Below, in pieces: positions 38,805 through 53,478 of a stretch of 64,000 bases of DNA. The position numbers and the translations under genes are program-made. The notes below the pieces were generated by a model, which did no database searches, was not told where the DNA came from, and worked only from the letters and a program-made list of their open reading frames with translations. Every line of letters begins with the position of its first letter. Position 1 is the stretch's first letter. Source of the DNA: Octopus vulgaris (lineage: Eukaryota); assembly GCA_951406725.2 (NCBI GenBank), contig OX597818.1:133858001-133922000 (forward strand), read 5' to 3'.

Positions 38805-41800
38805 GGTATTGCATAATGTATTCAAAGGTGACAACAATACCAGTATGGGCATGCAGTTCAAAATAAATGGTATATTCTCAATGAAATATTAAGTTATAGA
38901 GATAAAGAGACCAATTCAAAGAAGGCCAGAGATGAACCATTTAGAAGAGACCTGAAAACTTTGGGTACACCAAAGATGTATGACAGCATAATATGTTGTA
39001 GAATGTAGTCGCTACAATTCAAAAAGACCAATCAGGACCAAGAGTAAAAGAAAACAAAAATGAAAGCATGTAAGGATGGTTTTGTTATTGATTAGGCTTA
39101 GGTGAGTACTTGTTAAGCAAACCTATAAAGATCATTCTGTGTTTTATTCAGGTACATCTAGAGCCATATCATCTAAAATGTTCCTTTTGTAAAAGACAGC
39201 TGGGTGTCATTTGAAGGAGGTTTAGGTACTATTTCTTGCAGATTAAGTAACCACACAGATGTTCCTTTATTGATTCCTTGTTAAATTGTTACAAGAGCAG
39301 AAAATATCTAACATTTCCAGTTGCTTTCCTTGTTATGTTGCATACAATATATGTACAAATACATAGATCCTAATTTGAATAAAATAGCCTCAAAAATGAG
39401 GGGTGGATGCTCTTCTCAAAGCAATTTTCCTTTTATGAAAACACATTCCATAGCTCCTAATTAGATTGATAAGTCTTCTTGTCAAATCATTTTATATTCC
39501 AAATGTTTTTCCGAAAGTAATTATCAATTTCTTTTTCTCTTTCTCCATAGCTGACAGTTGTGTTTCCTTCATAATACTTAGTATTACAATGGATAAGTTT
39601 TCTTCAAATTTACCTTCAGGCACAGCTCAAAGAGCAAACGTAATTACTTTGCTACAGTTGATAAGGAGCTTCATTGCAGATACATAAGTGGAAATAACGT
39701 TCAGTTCAGTAATAACAAAGTAACAGAACAATAGACACAAAAATACCAAAGATAACAACAACAGCAGCGTCTAAATTGGAAAAAAATGCAATAAAATGAA
39801 TGAAAAATATAAGCAATTGTGTAATGAAATATTTTACACAGCAAAATCACTTTAGAAACAGAATAAACATATTTAAATTACAAAATGATTATTGCATTTT
39901 TGTTTGTTATGTTGCCTATCTTGCTATAATTATCAAAGAATAAAGCAATAAGTCATTTGTGTAAAAGAGTGTATATTCAGTTTTCAAAACTTCTAAATAG
40001 GCAAATAATTTGCTTCATTGAAATTTTTAACATATAATTGAAAAGGTGTATAGAAACAATTTACATACAATTACAAATATTTATGAAAAGAAAAACAGTG
40101 CAAACCAAAAAAAAAATAGAGAAAGAAAAAATTTTAAAAACAACAGGGAAATATTTTTGAAAGGAAAATTAAAACAAAATTTATTAGAATTAGAGCAATA
40201 AGAATGAAGTCTTCAAATGATCATTGCAAGAATATGAAGTTTAATAGTGACATCTATATTGAAATTAGATTTTGTTTGTTCCATCTTCTCTGTTTATCAG
40301 TGTGTGTGTGAGAGTGTGTGTGAGAGTGTGTGTAATGACAGTTAGAAGTGGTAAATCAATTATGCTATTCATACCATTTAATGCATGAAGAGAAACCAGT
40401 TACATGATGATAGTTCATGCCGCTAGCAGGTGGAAGATACACAGTCTATGTTTATATTGAACACAGACAAAACAAACAAACAAGAAATCTCTCAAGATAC
40501 AGGAAAGATAAAAAGTGTTATAATAATGTGTTATATATTTAGTTATGGCAGCGAAGAAGTTTAATGATAAATTCAGTTGCAATAAGTTATGAAGATAAGA
40601 TGTTTTGAAATATTTTAAGAAAAATTTTTTGCTTCTTTTTCTTTTTGGGCAGTAGGGAATTTAACAGGTCAAAGTTTGTTTCCCATCATCACGACACATA
40701 ACTCACAATGGTTATGGTTAGCAAACATTAAGTGGATACTTAGAAGCAGTTCTCAATACGCCTAGATGACTATAGGTTTTACTTTAAATTCACTGTGAAA
40801 CAGAAAGCTACAGAAAGAACATTTAAGTGCAAAACATTGAATATTTGAATAAATTATATGTAAAATTATTTTAACATCAAACAGAAGGATTACTGAATAC
40901 TTTCTAGGAGAGTACATATTTATTGAATTTTAGAGGAAAAGGTTGACAGAAACTTAGGTGTGAGCAAGCCAAAACCTCTAAATCACTGTCAGCTTTCTGT
41001 TTTTAAAAGTAACACACACGCACATGCACACACACGCACATGCACACACATGCACATGCACACACATGCACATGCACACACACGCACACACACACACATA
41101 AGACGTTTCCTGTTGCCAGCTTGGAATTCCCCATTTACTGAATAGAACTATGCCACCAACTTTGTAAATTGTCATGGCTGGAGTCAATGTAAGGAGGAAA
41201 ATTCCATCTCACCTGAAACCCTACCTGCAGGGTCATTCCAGGTGTATTTTTTGTTTACAAAACTAACTGATCATGATGTTTTCCTCCCTCCAGTTGTAGA
41301 GAGGTCATGTGCCTTAGGCCACTTGAGTCTGATTAGTCACTTATACAGCTAAGCGCCTTATAGGTGTGAAGCCAATGATCACTCTCTGAATGGCCATAAC
41401 GGGATGGTTGGTGTTAAGAAAGGCATCCAGCCATAAAAGCCATGCCAAAACAGATACAGCAGCTTGGAGTAGTCTCCTACTTGACTGGCTTCTGTCAAAC
41501 CATCCAGCTCATGCCAGCATGAAAGGCGGATGTTAAACAATGACAATGATAATGATGAGTGTGTGTATTATACCGAAATTCAAATTTTGCTTGTAGGTGT
41601 GTTCCTCACTTTAAGGCTAAACAATGCATCATCACAATAAAATGTGCCGACCCATACACCCTTAAACATAAGACCATCTGCCTGACAAAATTTTAAGGGA
41701 ATCTTACTCCTAGAAGCTTAAAAATAGAAGAACTTTGCTCATTATTATACTAACATATTACAAAAAAAAAATGTTGCCCTTTCTGATGATAAAGAAAATG

Positions 41801-41821
41801 AAAAGAATGTACAAAATTTCA

Positions 41822-41986
41822 GGACTGGCTGTGTGGTAAGTAGCTTGCTAACCAGCCACATGGTTCCGGGTTCAGTCCCACTGCGTGGCATCTTGGGCAA
41901 GTGTCTTCTACTATAGCCCCGGGCCGACCAATGCCTTGTGAGTGGATTTGGTAGACAGAAACTGAAAGAAGCCTGTCGTATATATG

Positions 41987-42029
<43 letters not shown>

Positions 42030-42238
42030 ATGTGTGTATGTTTGTCCCCCTAGCATTGCTTGACAACTGATGCTGGTGTGTTTATGTCTCCGTCACTTAG
42101 CGGTTCGGCAAAAGAGACCGATAGAATAAGTACTGGGCTTACAAAGAATAAGTCCCGGGGTCGATTTGCTCGACTAAAGGCGGTGCTCCAGCATGGCCGC
42201 AGTCAAATGACTGAAACAAGTAAAAGAGTAAAAGAGTA
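41822..42238 (+). mobile_element. Family C SINE, young copy
   Basis: Reverse complement of 27925-28351. Confidence 0.88.
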
Positions 42239-42516
42239 TATACACGTAGACACACACAAACAAAACAAACATACAACACTTAGAAACAAAGTCATTCATA
42301 ATGCATGCATATGAACACAAAAATACACATGCACTAACACACTTCCTGGTCCCACTCAGTTCTACTCCTTATCTTCACCACTACTATTTGTTATCTCTTT
42401 CTAGCTCCATCCAGGCCACTCCCACCCTTTCTTCTATAATGTGAGTGGTTGTGTAGTTCTTCTGCAGCTGGAAATCTGTTCAATTCTGCCTTTTCTCCCA
42501 CACTTTAATCCACCAC

Positions 42517-43213
42517 CATCATCATCATGGTCATCGTTTAATGGTCGTTGTCCATGCTGGCATGGGCTGAACGGTTTGACCAGAGCTAGCAAGCCTGGGA
42601 GCTGCACCAGACTCCAGTTCGATTTGGCACGGTTTCTACAGCTGGATGGCCTTCCTAATGCCAACCACTTTGCAGAGTGTGCTGGGTGCTTTTACATGAC
42701 ACTACACAGGCACTTCTATGTGGCACCACACAGGCACTTTTACATGGAACCACATGGACACTTTTACATGGTACCACACAGGTGCTTTTACATGGTACCA
42801 CACAGGCACTTTTACATGGAACCACATGGGCACTTTTACATGGTACCACACAGGTGCTTTTACATGGAACCACATGGGCACTTTTACATGGTACCACACA
42901 GGTGCTTTTACATGGAACCACATGGGCACTTTTACATGGTACCACACAGGTGCTTTTACATGGAACAACATGGGCACTTTTACATGGTACCACACAGGTG
43001 CTTTTACATGGTACCACACAGACGCTTTTATATGGCACTTCCACAACTGCTTTACACCACCTGCAGAATTGCTCTTAACACTTCTGCTTCAGGGCATGAC
43101 CTGAAAGGTTCAGATTCCTGAGGTCATTCTTCAGTATTTTATCCCTGTCTTCTTGGGTCTCCTACTTCCATGTGTTCCATCTTGAAGTGTAAAAATTGTG
43201 CACTTCTCTGCTG
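42517..43213 (-). mobile_element. Family A RTE 3' end with 24-bp minisatellite and ORF remnant
   Basis: About 14 copies of cttttacatgg(t/a)accaca(caggtg/tgggca) at about 42689-43040. Upstream remnant EKCTIFTLQDGTHGSRRPKKT. Confidence 0.82.
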
Positions 43214-43418
43214 TAATGGCACTTAGTATAAAAAAAAAAGGTGTTAGTGTCACAAAAAAATACCCAGTACATGATACTGTAAAGTGATTGGCATTAGAAA
43301 GGGTCATAAGTACCATAGCCAAAGCAGATGTTGGAGCATGATGCAATCTTCAGATCCATCAGACCCTTCAGGCTGTCCAACCTATGCTAGAATGGAACAT
43401 GGACATTAAATGATGATG

Positions 43419-43461
<43 letters not shown>

Positions 43462-43618
43462 TAAATGAGTTCTTTAGGGAGATGTATATTTTCTAGTGAC
43501 TTGTCTTGGCATATTACAGGACCAGGTACTTAGAGAATGACTAAGTTCAGACCAAACTTTACTAATAATCTCAGTCTACAACACTGCCATTGGATCTGCA
43601 GTCTGCTTCTGAATATGG

Positions 43619-43671
<53 letters not shown>

Positions 43672-43961
43672 CCTTCACCTTCGAAATGTAGAGTAGATGA
43701 AACCATGGCAACTGAAGGGGTTTTTTCCTTGTGTTATTTGTCCTGTACTCTATTTTTTTGTTGTTTAAGAAAAATGTCCAGTTCCTTGTGTTTGTGTCTA
43801 TGTTTTCGTTTCTCATTGTGTTTGACGTTTTTTTGGTGTCCTGTACTCATATATGCGTGTATATATACATGTAGAGGTATGTATGTATATATATATGCAT
43901 ATGTTTTATTTATTAATATATTATATGACGGAACGCATGCATCCCTTTCTAAGTAAGATTG

Positions 43962-44040
<79 letters not shown>

Positions 44041-44254
44041 GATATAGTTGAGATGGTAAGTGTTTTTAATTTTCATTCCTTTCATGAATTTATCCCTTTT
44101 TGTTTTCTAGCACAACGCTCCTTATTTGGAAGCCTTATTGTATTTCTATATGAATAATATATAGAAGCTAATTCTCTTTTGTATAGGCCACTGGTAATAA
44201 TAATCTATATTATTACCCTATTTTATTATGTTTATATATATATATATATATATA

Positions 44255-44440
44255 TATTGCCATGTTGATTCGCTAGCTTCTGCAATTTTTTTCTCTCCTT
44301 GTTTCTCTCCATGTGTGTATCTTTCTGTTGAAGAGCGTAGGCTCAAAACGTAAAAGACTTGTTTTATTTATATTCCTGAGCGCCATACTAATACAATTGT
44401 TTGTTTGCATTCCATTTCGTCTTTGTTTATTTTCATAAAG

Positions 44441-44445
<5 letters not shown>
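44255..44445 (+). mobile_element. Short (TA)n-flanked element with degenerate hammerhead motif
   Basis: tcttt-CTGTTGAa-gagc-gtag-gctc-AAAA-cgTA-aaaga at 44320-44357; two substitutions from the consensus core. Confidence 0.55.
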
Positions 44446-44503
<58 letters not shown>

Positions 44504-45173
44504 ATATTAAACTTATGATGCACAGAGAACATCTACTACTAGGTAAGTGCCAGTTAAGGCTACACAGAATGCATACCATAACAAGAAACACATCTATTCG
44601 TATCTTTAATCCTTTCATTATGAACCCCTGTATCCAACTGGAACCATCCCAAGTTCCTCAACACAAAACTTGTCATTTTTGAAATAATCATTTTAAAATC
44701 AAAATTATCACTACTTTATGTAAGAACTTTTGTCAAGATATATATTCCAAAAACAAGCATCACAATGAAAGTGACAGTTATATTATTAAATCCCTCAAAA
44801 TTCTTGATTATTTTCAAAATTTGTCAAAAATACATAAAGTGTGTATTTCATTATATATTTGGTCACAGAAGGGTTACAAAGTAAAAGCACCTTTTCTTTC
44901 GTTTACATATGTTATATTTTACTTTAAATATGAAGCTCAGTTCCTGTTTACAGAAATAGTTTTAGTGCAATGATATTGATCTACACACACACAAACATAC
45001 ACACATACACACATACATACATACATACAATGAGCTCCCTCCACCAAAACAAACAAAACAAAATAAAACCCACAGAAGTTTAAAATATCCTAAGTCAATA
45101 TTTACAAACTGTATTTTTATTAATTGATCACAAGTGTGCACATATGTAGGCAGGCAGCCATGTAAGTGTGTGA

Positions 45174-45207
<34 letters not shown>

Positions 45208-45222
45208 TGAGTGTGTATATGG

Positions 45223-45269
<47 letters not shown>

Positions 45270-46301
45270 CACACACACATACATAGATATATACATACAT
45301 GCATATATATACATACATATATACATACATGTGTGGTACGTGTGTGTGTAGATTGGGAGTCTACAAGATAAGGGAAAGTAATCAATAAAGTGTCTTGAAA
45401 TATTAGGGATAGTACAGAAAAAAAGACAAGGTTGAATCAACTGGAATTTTTAACAAAAAAAGTAGATATTTAAGGATTCGAGAAAGGTTGTTTGTTTTTT
45501 TTTTATTCTCTTTATCTTTCATTTTTTTTTTTCATACTAAAAATAGATGAATATCAGTAACTTAATAAAATAGTGTGTTTAGTGATTTACTCACAAGTAT
45601 CTGATTTCAAACAAATTAGAAATACTTAATTAAAAGGTAGGTGGAATGTGGAGGGGAGGAAAGAAATCTAGAAAGCAATTTTTTTGTGTTATTTTATATT
45701 TTATTTTTTTTTAATTTTATTTTTGTTTTTGTAATTGTAATTGTAATTATTGTAATTATCCCTCATGATTGGTTGATATAAAACATAAGTTGCATCTGAG
45801 AAGTAACTTACAAGAAGGTGGGATGAACAAAAACAAAAAAAAGGTACAACGCCAAGAATATTATCAACAACATGTTTAAAAGAATAAATATACATATATA
45901 TATAAATATATATATATATATATTTTTTTTAAACATTTTATCAAAAAAAAATAATAATAATAATAAAACTCATATCAACTATGTTACACGTGTGTATGTA
46001 TCAAATTTTCCAACAAATCAATATTGTGATATAAGAACTGAATCAAGTTAGCTCAGTTGGTAATGCAGTCAGATGGCAATAATAATAGTAATAATAATAA
46101 TAATAATAATAACAACAACGACGACGATCATGATGACAACAACAGTGGTGGTGCTGGTGGTTCTGGTGTTGGTGGTGCTGATGGTGCTGGTTCTGGTGGG
46201 GATGAGGTCATGATGTTGTTGATGATGATTACTATGGTGATGTTGATAACGCTAACCATAATAACGACTCAGTCTTAGAATCTCAATCAGCCACTGCAAG
46301 C

Positions 46302-46343
<42 letters not shown>

Positions 46344-46348
46344 CAGCG

Positions 46349-46438
<90 letters not shown>

Positions 46439-48582
46439 ATGAAAAGGAAAATTTTGCTTTTTTTTGTTTTATAAAACAAAAAAAAAAAAGTAGATCAGTT
46501 TTCACCATCTAGTTTCCAGCCAATAAAAAACATTTGTGGTACGTTGATGCTCACCTTACACTATTTGAATTTTTTATATTTGAGACTTTACCTTGACATA
46601 AAGTGCTAAAACTGCTATGTAAATGCTTATCATTAGACTACTATCAATCAAAGACAACTTGTGTTTGAAAATGTCGCTGGTAGACTGTCATTACACCTTG
46701 GCTGCTTCAACTGAGCAATTCAAAGTGCATGAAAGTCATTGTTATATACATACATTTTCTTCCATTTTGTATTAGATAATCCAAACATGATTGATATAGC
46801 CACAATAGCTTACTACTGATAATATACTAAAATCTCTTAATTTATCGCCCGATTCAGTGAAGACACATGGCTCGGTTATTAAAGTGTTCAGCTCATGATT
46901 GTGAGGCTATAGGTTCAATTCTAGAAGCAATCAGTGCATTGTGTCCTTGAAGAAGGTATATCATTTCATGTTGCTTCAGTCCACTCAACTGAAAACTATT
47001 ACCAGCAGCAGTTAGGGGTTAGCCTTGCAATTAATTCATATCCCATTCAGTAGGGGGTCTTGAACTCTCAGTCATTTAAATACCTCAGAAATCCAAATTA
47101 GCTTAGGGCTCAAGAGCATGAAGGCTTCAGGTAGATATTTTCTGCAGGAGTTCAGTTAACTATATACACTAGTTAATTACTTAAAAATTCCAATCGCTGA
47201 GGCAATGCAATTAAGTAGAATAAACAATGCCTGGTTTAACAGAACCATCAAGTCCTTAGGTCCTTTTAGTAGAATTAACTCTGCTGCAAATATTCAAATG
47301 AGACCTTAGTTCCCTCCAATCTGTGTTTTTCCGAGAGAATTTAACCTAAGAATGTTAAGTAAGGATTCAGCTACACCAATCTCACTCACCAGTCAGACTT
47401 GCTAACCACAAGATAATGGATAAGACTCTATGTACAAGAAATATTAGTCAAATCTCCCTTAAAACCAGCTTATAAAAGGAAGAACTCATTCGATAATGTC
47501 AGAAAAAAGGCTAGATGGCCATAGTTGGAGTACTTTTGATCATATGTCTGCTGGCTAAAGAGCTAAAGACTTACCTAGGACTAATCAACAACAACTGATC
47601 ATAAATTTTCAGCTTTATTTTCAGTTTTATTTTCTATCTTGGAACTTAACCCAACATATACTTGAGTCTAGAGAAAACATTATGAAGCCTCATGGCATGC
47701 TAGAAATAGTAACCAAATCCCCTTGAAACCTCGCCAACTATCTAAAAAGAAAGAAGGACACATAGGCTAATGTGCTCCAAGATACCAAGATATACTATGC
47801 ATGAGAAAAGGATGGAATGGCCATGACTGAAACGTCTTTGATCATGGCTCTGCTTGATCAGTGTTGACCTGGAACAAAACAACGATGATGACTTGGCATT
47901 CTCCAGTTTGCCTGACTGAACAAGAAAAAAAAAACTTGGTTTTTGTTGCTATTTCATGGCTGAATGATTAAGCAATAGAAATGGCATCCAGCTGTAAAAA
48001 TAATTGCCTCAATAACAACAACAATAACACTAAAACAACATCTCACCCATGCAAGCATGGAAAATGGATGTCAAGTATTAAAAGAGATTATGGAAGGTGA
48101 GGGTTCCCAGATCTTTTTAGATTAAGCTATGGTCAAACATTTAATACCAATATATGAAACAGTTAATATTGATTACAGAAAGTCAACATGGGTCACTAAT
48201 CTCTAGTTGAACATATTGAGGACAAAAGAGATAATTTCAGAAGATAACTTTTTTTTTAAAATCTTTTTTTTCCACACCAACATGGGTGTGACTGGGGTTT
48301 TTTAGTGTGCGCGGAGGGAGGGGAGGCGTGTGTGCACACACCCATGTGCACGTGTGTGTGTGTGTGTGTGCATGCTTGCATGCATGTGTGTGCACGTGCA
48401 TTCACATGTTCAAATTCGGATGTTTTCCAACAGCTAGAGGAATATTTTAACATTACAATACACAGTCTTATCACTAATCACTTGACCATATTGTTGGAGT
48501 GAAACCTGTTGTTGCTCTCTATCCCTAGGTCAGCCTTGATCCAGCAAACCTATAATCAAAGATGTTCATCCTTATGGATATA

Positions 48583-49792
48583 CCAGGGTTAACCAAAATG
48601 TTTTGCACAAACAGGAGCAGATCATAGATCATTCAAACTGCACATGTTGGTAGAGTAACTCTTCCTCCAGAGTAACTCTTCCTCCAGAGTAACTCTTCCT
48701 CCAGAGTAACTCTTCCTCCAGAGTAACTCTTCCTCCAGAGTAACTCTTCTTCCTGTTTATTACTGCAGGAAAATAATAGGCTTTAAGCAGAAGTTATGCA
48801 CTGTCATTGAGTTCTTGATGAAGGAGAGGATGAAGACTGCCTGACATTCACAGATGGTTGCAAACTGTTTACAGAGAGCAATGTGCATAGATGGACGGTG
48901 TTTAAAGGAGTAGAAGCCGGCATTGAAGACAAACCACTGACACAAATTACCAGAGAGTGAATGAATTGATTCACATGGACAAACAAGTCACAATCAATGA
49001 GCTTGCACTGGATTGTGTTCACAATGCATTGCAGAAGATAAATGAAAACTCTTAGAATCAGAGATTGTGTGCAAAGTGGGTAACTCAGCAGTTGACACCT
49101 GGTTTGAAAGAGAGAAGGGTAGAATAATACTCTCAGCAGCTGGAAGTGATTGAAGCTGTGGTTACAGGAGATGAAATGCAAATCTTTCTTTATAACACAG
49201 AAACAAAAGCTCAGTCCATATAATGTCATAAAAACTCTTCTCCAAAGCCTAAGAAGTTCAAAAGCCAGTGACCAGCACAAAAAGTTATGGCAACTGTTTT
49301 TGAAGATGACAAGGGCATCTTTATCCCGATCTTCTGGAAAGTGGCCATGCTGTAAACAGCAAGCAGTATATTGAGAAACCATTAGGAAGAAGAGACCATG
49401 CAAGAATCTGGAAACTACATCATTGGCAACAAATCAGGCAATCAGCAAATAGGTCAGTAATTCTCACACACAGCCCAGATTTGATGCCCTCCAATTTCCA
49501 CCTGGTCAGTGCAATGAGTGATAGTCTTCAGGAACAATAATTTGATGAGAGAGATTAGGTGAAAGTAGCTGTGAAGAAATAGGTATAACATTGCACATCT
49601 GAACTTTTTTCAAAGAGGATTTGAGAGTTGAGTTCACCAACAGCATAAATGCACTGCTTGAGATGGCATCTACATTGAGTAGTACCTTTTTATAGAGAAA
49701 TGTTGCTCTGCTAATGTGTGTAATTTGAATGACCTAGGTCACATAATAAAACTGTTAAGCCTACTTTTGCATCACTTTTGAGAGAACCCATG
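48583..49792 (+). mobile_element. Decayed mariner transposon
   Basis: TA flanks and imperfect TIRs. Remnants CAKWV, KVMATVF, HSPDLMPSNFHL and DGIYIE. Inserted into an older SINE-like repeat (about 48505-49920). Confidence 0.82.
48652..48749. repeat. Perfect 17-bp tandem repeat
   Basis: agagtaactcttcctcc x5 plus a partial unit. Confidence 0.95.
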
Positions 49793-49965
49793 TACTTCAA
49801 TTCAAACATTATTATCGCATGTGTCCTTCCTTTTTATGTAAAGACTGTAAGGCATGTGACTTGAGGGAAACTGAGTTGCTATTTCTAGTGGGCCAGAAGA
49901 CTACATAGAGGCTCCTACATTAAACCTGATTTCTCCTTAACACCAAGCAAAGTTAAGTGCTTTAA

Positions 49966-50184
49966 CCCTTTAGTATTTAAACCGGCCATATCCGGCCAAA
50001 ATAGCTAATCTGTTTTATGTTCAAACTGACCAGATCCAGGCTCTCACACCTACCCTACAATGTTATTCTACATTAAGTAATTACACCATCAAGATCTTGA
50101 AGATATGAGATAATGCATGATTAATTCAAATCAATGGGAATCAATAGGCATTATGTTTGATTGAATAATCTGAACACTAAAGGG
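49966..50184. mobile_element. piggyBac-type MITE (family G)
   Basis: TTAA|ccctttagt...actaaaggg|TTAA. Near-identical inverted copy of 3238-3456. Confidence 0.85.
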
Positions 50185-52649
50185 TTAACCACATGCACAG
50201 AACAAAAGAGGCCTGAAGGTTTGAACTCAAACCTTCAGACAGTAGCCTAACCATACAATCACTGCACTCAAACATTGCTTTGAGATGAAGGTAATTTATT
50301 TTGTAGAGGTAAAGAGAAAAAAGAAAGAACAAGAAAAAAAAAGAGAAAAACAAAAGCAAAAAAAAAAAACCAGAAGAAAAATGACTAAAGAGAATTTGAA
50401 TAGAAACTGTTTAAAATCATGTATCAAAAGTCACCAGATTAAATAAACGTTGTAACATTTAAATTCAACAACTACCTCTACTCACTGTCTAAATGTATTA
50501 TTTCAGACTATGTAAAATTTACTACAAGAAAGAGAAGAATACTTTTTGGGAAAAATTAAGGTAAACCATTTTAACAATAACCATGATAATGATAAATGAA
50601 TCCAAATGAATGTCAAATTAATTTATCTAATTAACTTTGCACAATTTATATACAATTTATATATTTGTTAGCATAATAATAATAACAAAATCAACAACAA
50701 CATTTTTTTAGTTTTTTTCTTAGAGTATTTTTTAATACTTTTTTTTCCTTTTTGATCGGTGTTGTTCTTGTTATCAATATTCATTTAATTAACATTGCAT
50801 GTCTCAAATCTCAAATGTCTAATATTCTTAAATGTTGTTATCCTTGGATTATCAGATGAGCCATTGGCAACAATTGCTATCAGATAATGTTTGACATAAG
50901 ACGTCAGTAATTCTTATATTATGACTCTAATCACTTGAATAATAAATTACATTATAATCAGTGGCCTTCGTTCATAAATTAAATTAACCTATTAAATTTT
51001 AAATATAAAAGGGCAGACAGATGGACAGATGTACATACATACATACATGTTACTGTGCTTAAACTTCAAATTTTATATGATAGCTATTTTCTGTTTCCTG
51101 TTTTCTACAATCATTTTATTCACTTAGATTGTTCTCTTGTTGAAATAGGTATATTTACAGCCAAATAATTCTCCTATCATAAACCGCTTAACTGCAAAGA
51201 GTGAAATTTGTGGATTGTTATGATGCACACAATGAAGCAAGTAGATTTGGTGCTTCACATAGAACTCAATATCTTAACCTCACAGCCTTTATAAATTCTA
51301 ATTTACTCTTGTGCTTTTATGTTTTAAACATTTTCAGTTTTAGTTATCTAATTTAATCAATACATAACTGAAATGTTGTACTTATACTGTGCTTCCTTGT
51401 GGCAATCTGGCACTGCCACTCTAGAGTCTTACACAAGTGTGCAGAGGATGGATAGACAATGTGACGAGAAAAATGCAATACCTATCAATAAAAGGCAGAT
51501 GAATTTAACACAGAGTCAACAGCCATCCATCAAGTTACATACAAATGGAGTAGGGCCCTATTGAGGCTTTTGAGTCTAGCACTACTTTGTTGGCAACTCC
51601 TGCATCTGCCTATCCTTTGACCCAAGGAGACCCCAGTGAGAGAAGCCTTTTGACAAGTGCAAGGACCACTCAAGATGGCTTAAATCAATCCTGGTAATTT
51701 ATTTATGTATTTTATATATTGTCATAAAACAGTTATGTGTCATTCATATTATAATTCTTGTTCTGTGCATGTGGTTAAAGCACTTAATTATAACTGATTA
51801 GAATTAGAAATTTTTTTTAAATATCATACAGTGTAGTTTATATAATTAATAATTAATATTTTAGGATATTCCACCATGATCAACTTTGCCTTTCACCCTT
51901 TCAGGGTTAATAAAATAAGTACCAGTTGAACACTAGGGTTGATTTAATCAACTTTGCTCCTCCCCAAACCTTCTGGCCTTGTGCCAAAATTTGAAACCAA
52001 TATTTCAGAATGGTGTACAGGTAGAAACAGTTAAGAGCCAAATAAATCATCTCGCAGCATTTACTTTTGTCCCTTTAGATCTCAAGTTTCAATCCTAACT
52101 TGCATCTTCCTGGGACCGATTAATGTACCAGATATGTACTGGAAATAATTCAAACAATTTTGTCTCTTCCCTACAAATTTATGGTTTTGTGTAAAGTTCA
52201 GAAGATAATTAACTATTCTTCATTATACAATTCATTTTAAAATGAAGAATAATTACAAAAAAGGTGGAAAACTAGAAAGAATTTACATATTTGTTTTTTA
52301 ATCATTTAGTCAGAGAAGAAATGCAGTGCCTCTTCTCAATGTCTCCAACATTGGTCAGAGGAATAGAGGAAACTATCTTTAAACCAGATATCTACCCCAA
52401 ATGCTTGCAAGTGAGTGAACTCTGCTAAAGGCCCACATGGAACAGGCAATGGTATTAAATTGAGAGGTGGATTAAGTCTACTACTCAAGAAGAGAAACAG
52501 TCCTTCTGAGGAACTTCCATGTAGTTTCCATATACCAAATTTCATTCACAACACTTTGGTCTACTCACAGCAAAGGTAGAAGGCACATGCTCAAGATACT
52601 TTGCAATTTGGATTAAATCCAAAAAACATAGTTGTGAAGCAAATTTCCT

Positions 52650-52950
52650 GCCAGTGCTGGTGCCATGTAAAAAGCATCCAGTCCACATTGTGAACCTGTT
52701 GGCATTTGGAAGGGCATCCAGTTGCAGAAACTATGTCAAAACTGACCTTGTCTGTGTTGGCGCCACATAAAAGCATTCAGTCCACTCTGTGGGGTGGTTG
52801 GTGTTAGGAAGGGCATATAACCATAAAAACCATGCCAAAACAAACACAGTAGCCTAGTATCATCTTCTACCTGGCCAACTCCTATCAAACCATCCAACCT
52901 ATGCCAGCATGGACGGATGACATTAAACAATGATGATGATGATGATGATG
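52650..52950 (+). mobile_element. Older family A-related 3' end with internal duplication
   Basis: Two successive aaaagca..gttgg..ggaagggcat blocks, then the GAT tail. Confidence 0.7.
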
Positions 52951-53416
52951 GCCATGACTACTAGATTACCAATTACCAACCTGCTAGACATTGTTCATAA
53001 TGACAAGTTCCCAAATCAGAAAAATTGTATTTTAATTCTATGAAAGAACCTAATTAATAGCTGTACTAACTGCATAGTCAAGTTCAAATCTTGTCACTGT
53101 CATTGTGTTGTACCACTGACCAAATTAAACCAAGGGCTAAAAACCAAAGGTTTGGTTTGAGGCCACCACTTGATTCACTCCCTTTCCTCTAATTAGATTT
53201 GGAAATTCTAAAAAAAGTGCCATAGATACTATCCTTCTTCCTTTGATGATGCCATTAAGGAAAATGCATTTGAGCACCAGTCACAACTCCCTGTAGTTGA
53301 AGTAAAAATATTAATTATCATCTTCATCATCATCATCATTTTTAATATCTACTTCCTTATGCTTGCTTGGGCCAGACAAAATTCGTAAAGACGAAATTTT
53401 CTATAACTAGATGCTT

Positions 53417-53478
<62 letters not shown>

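Noticed and set aside
14560-43040. Family A unit lengths being multiples of three (63, 123, 24, 60, 66)
   Set aside because: Other units are 61, 68 and 55 bp, so there is no consistent coding constraint.
42441-43121. 226-aa His/Met/Tyr-rich repeat ORF
   Set aside because: A 24-bp minisatellite open in several frames on both strands, with no gene context.
46057-46508. Poly-N/G/A/T/L ORFs
   Set aside because: Compound trinucleotide microsatellites without splice or homology support.
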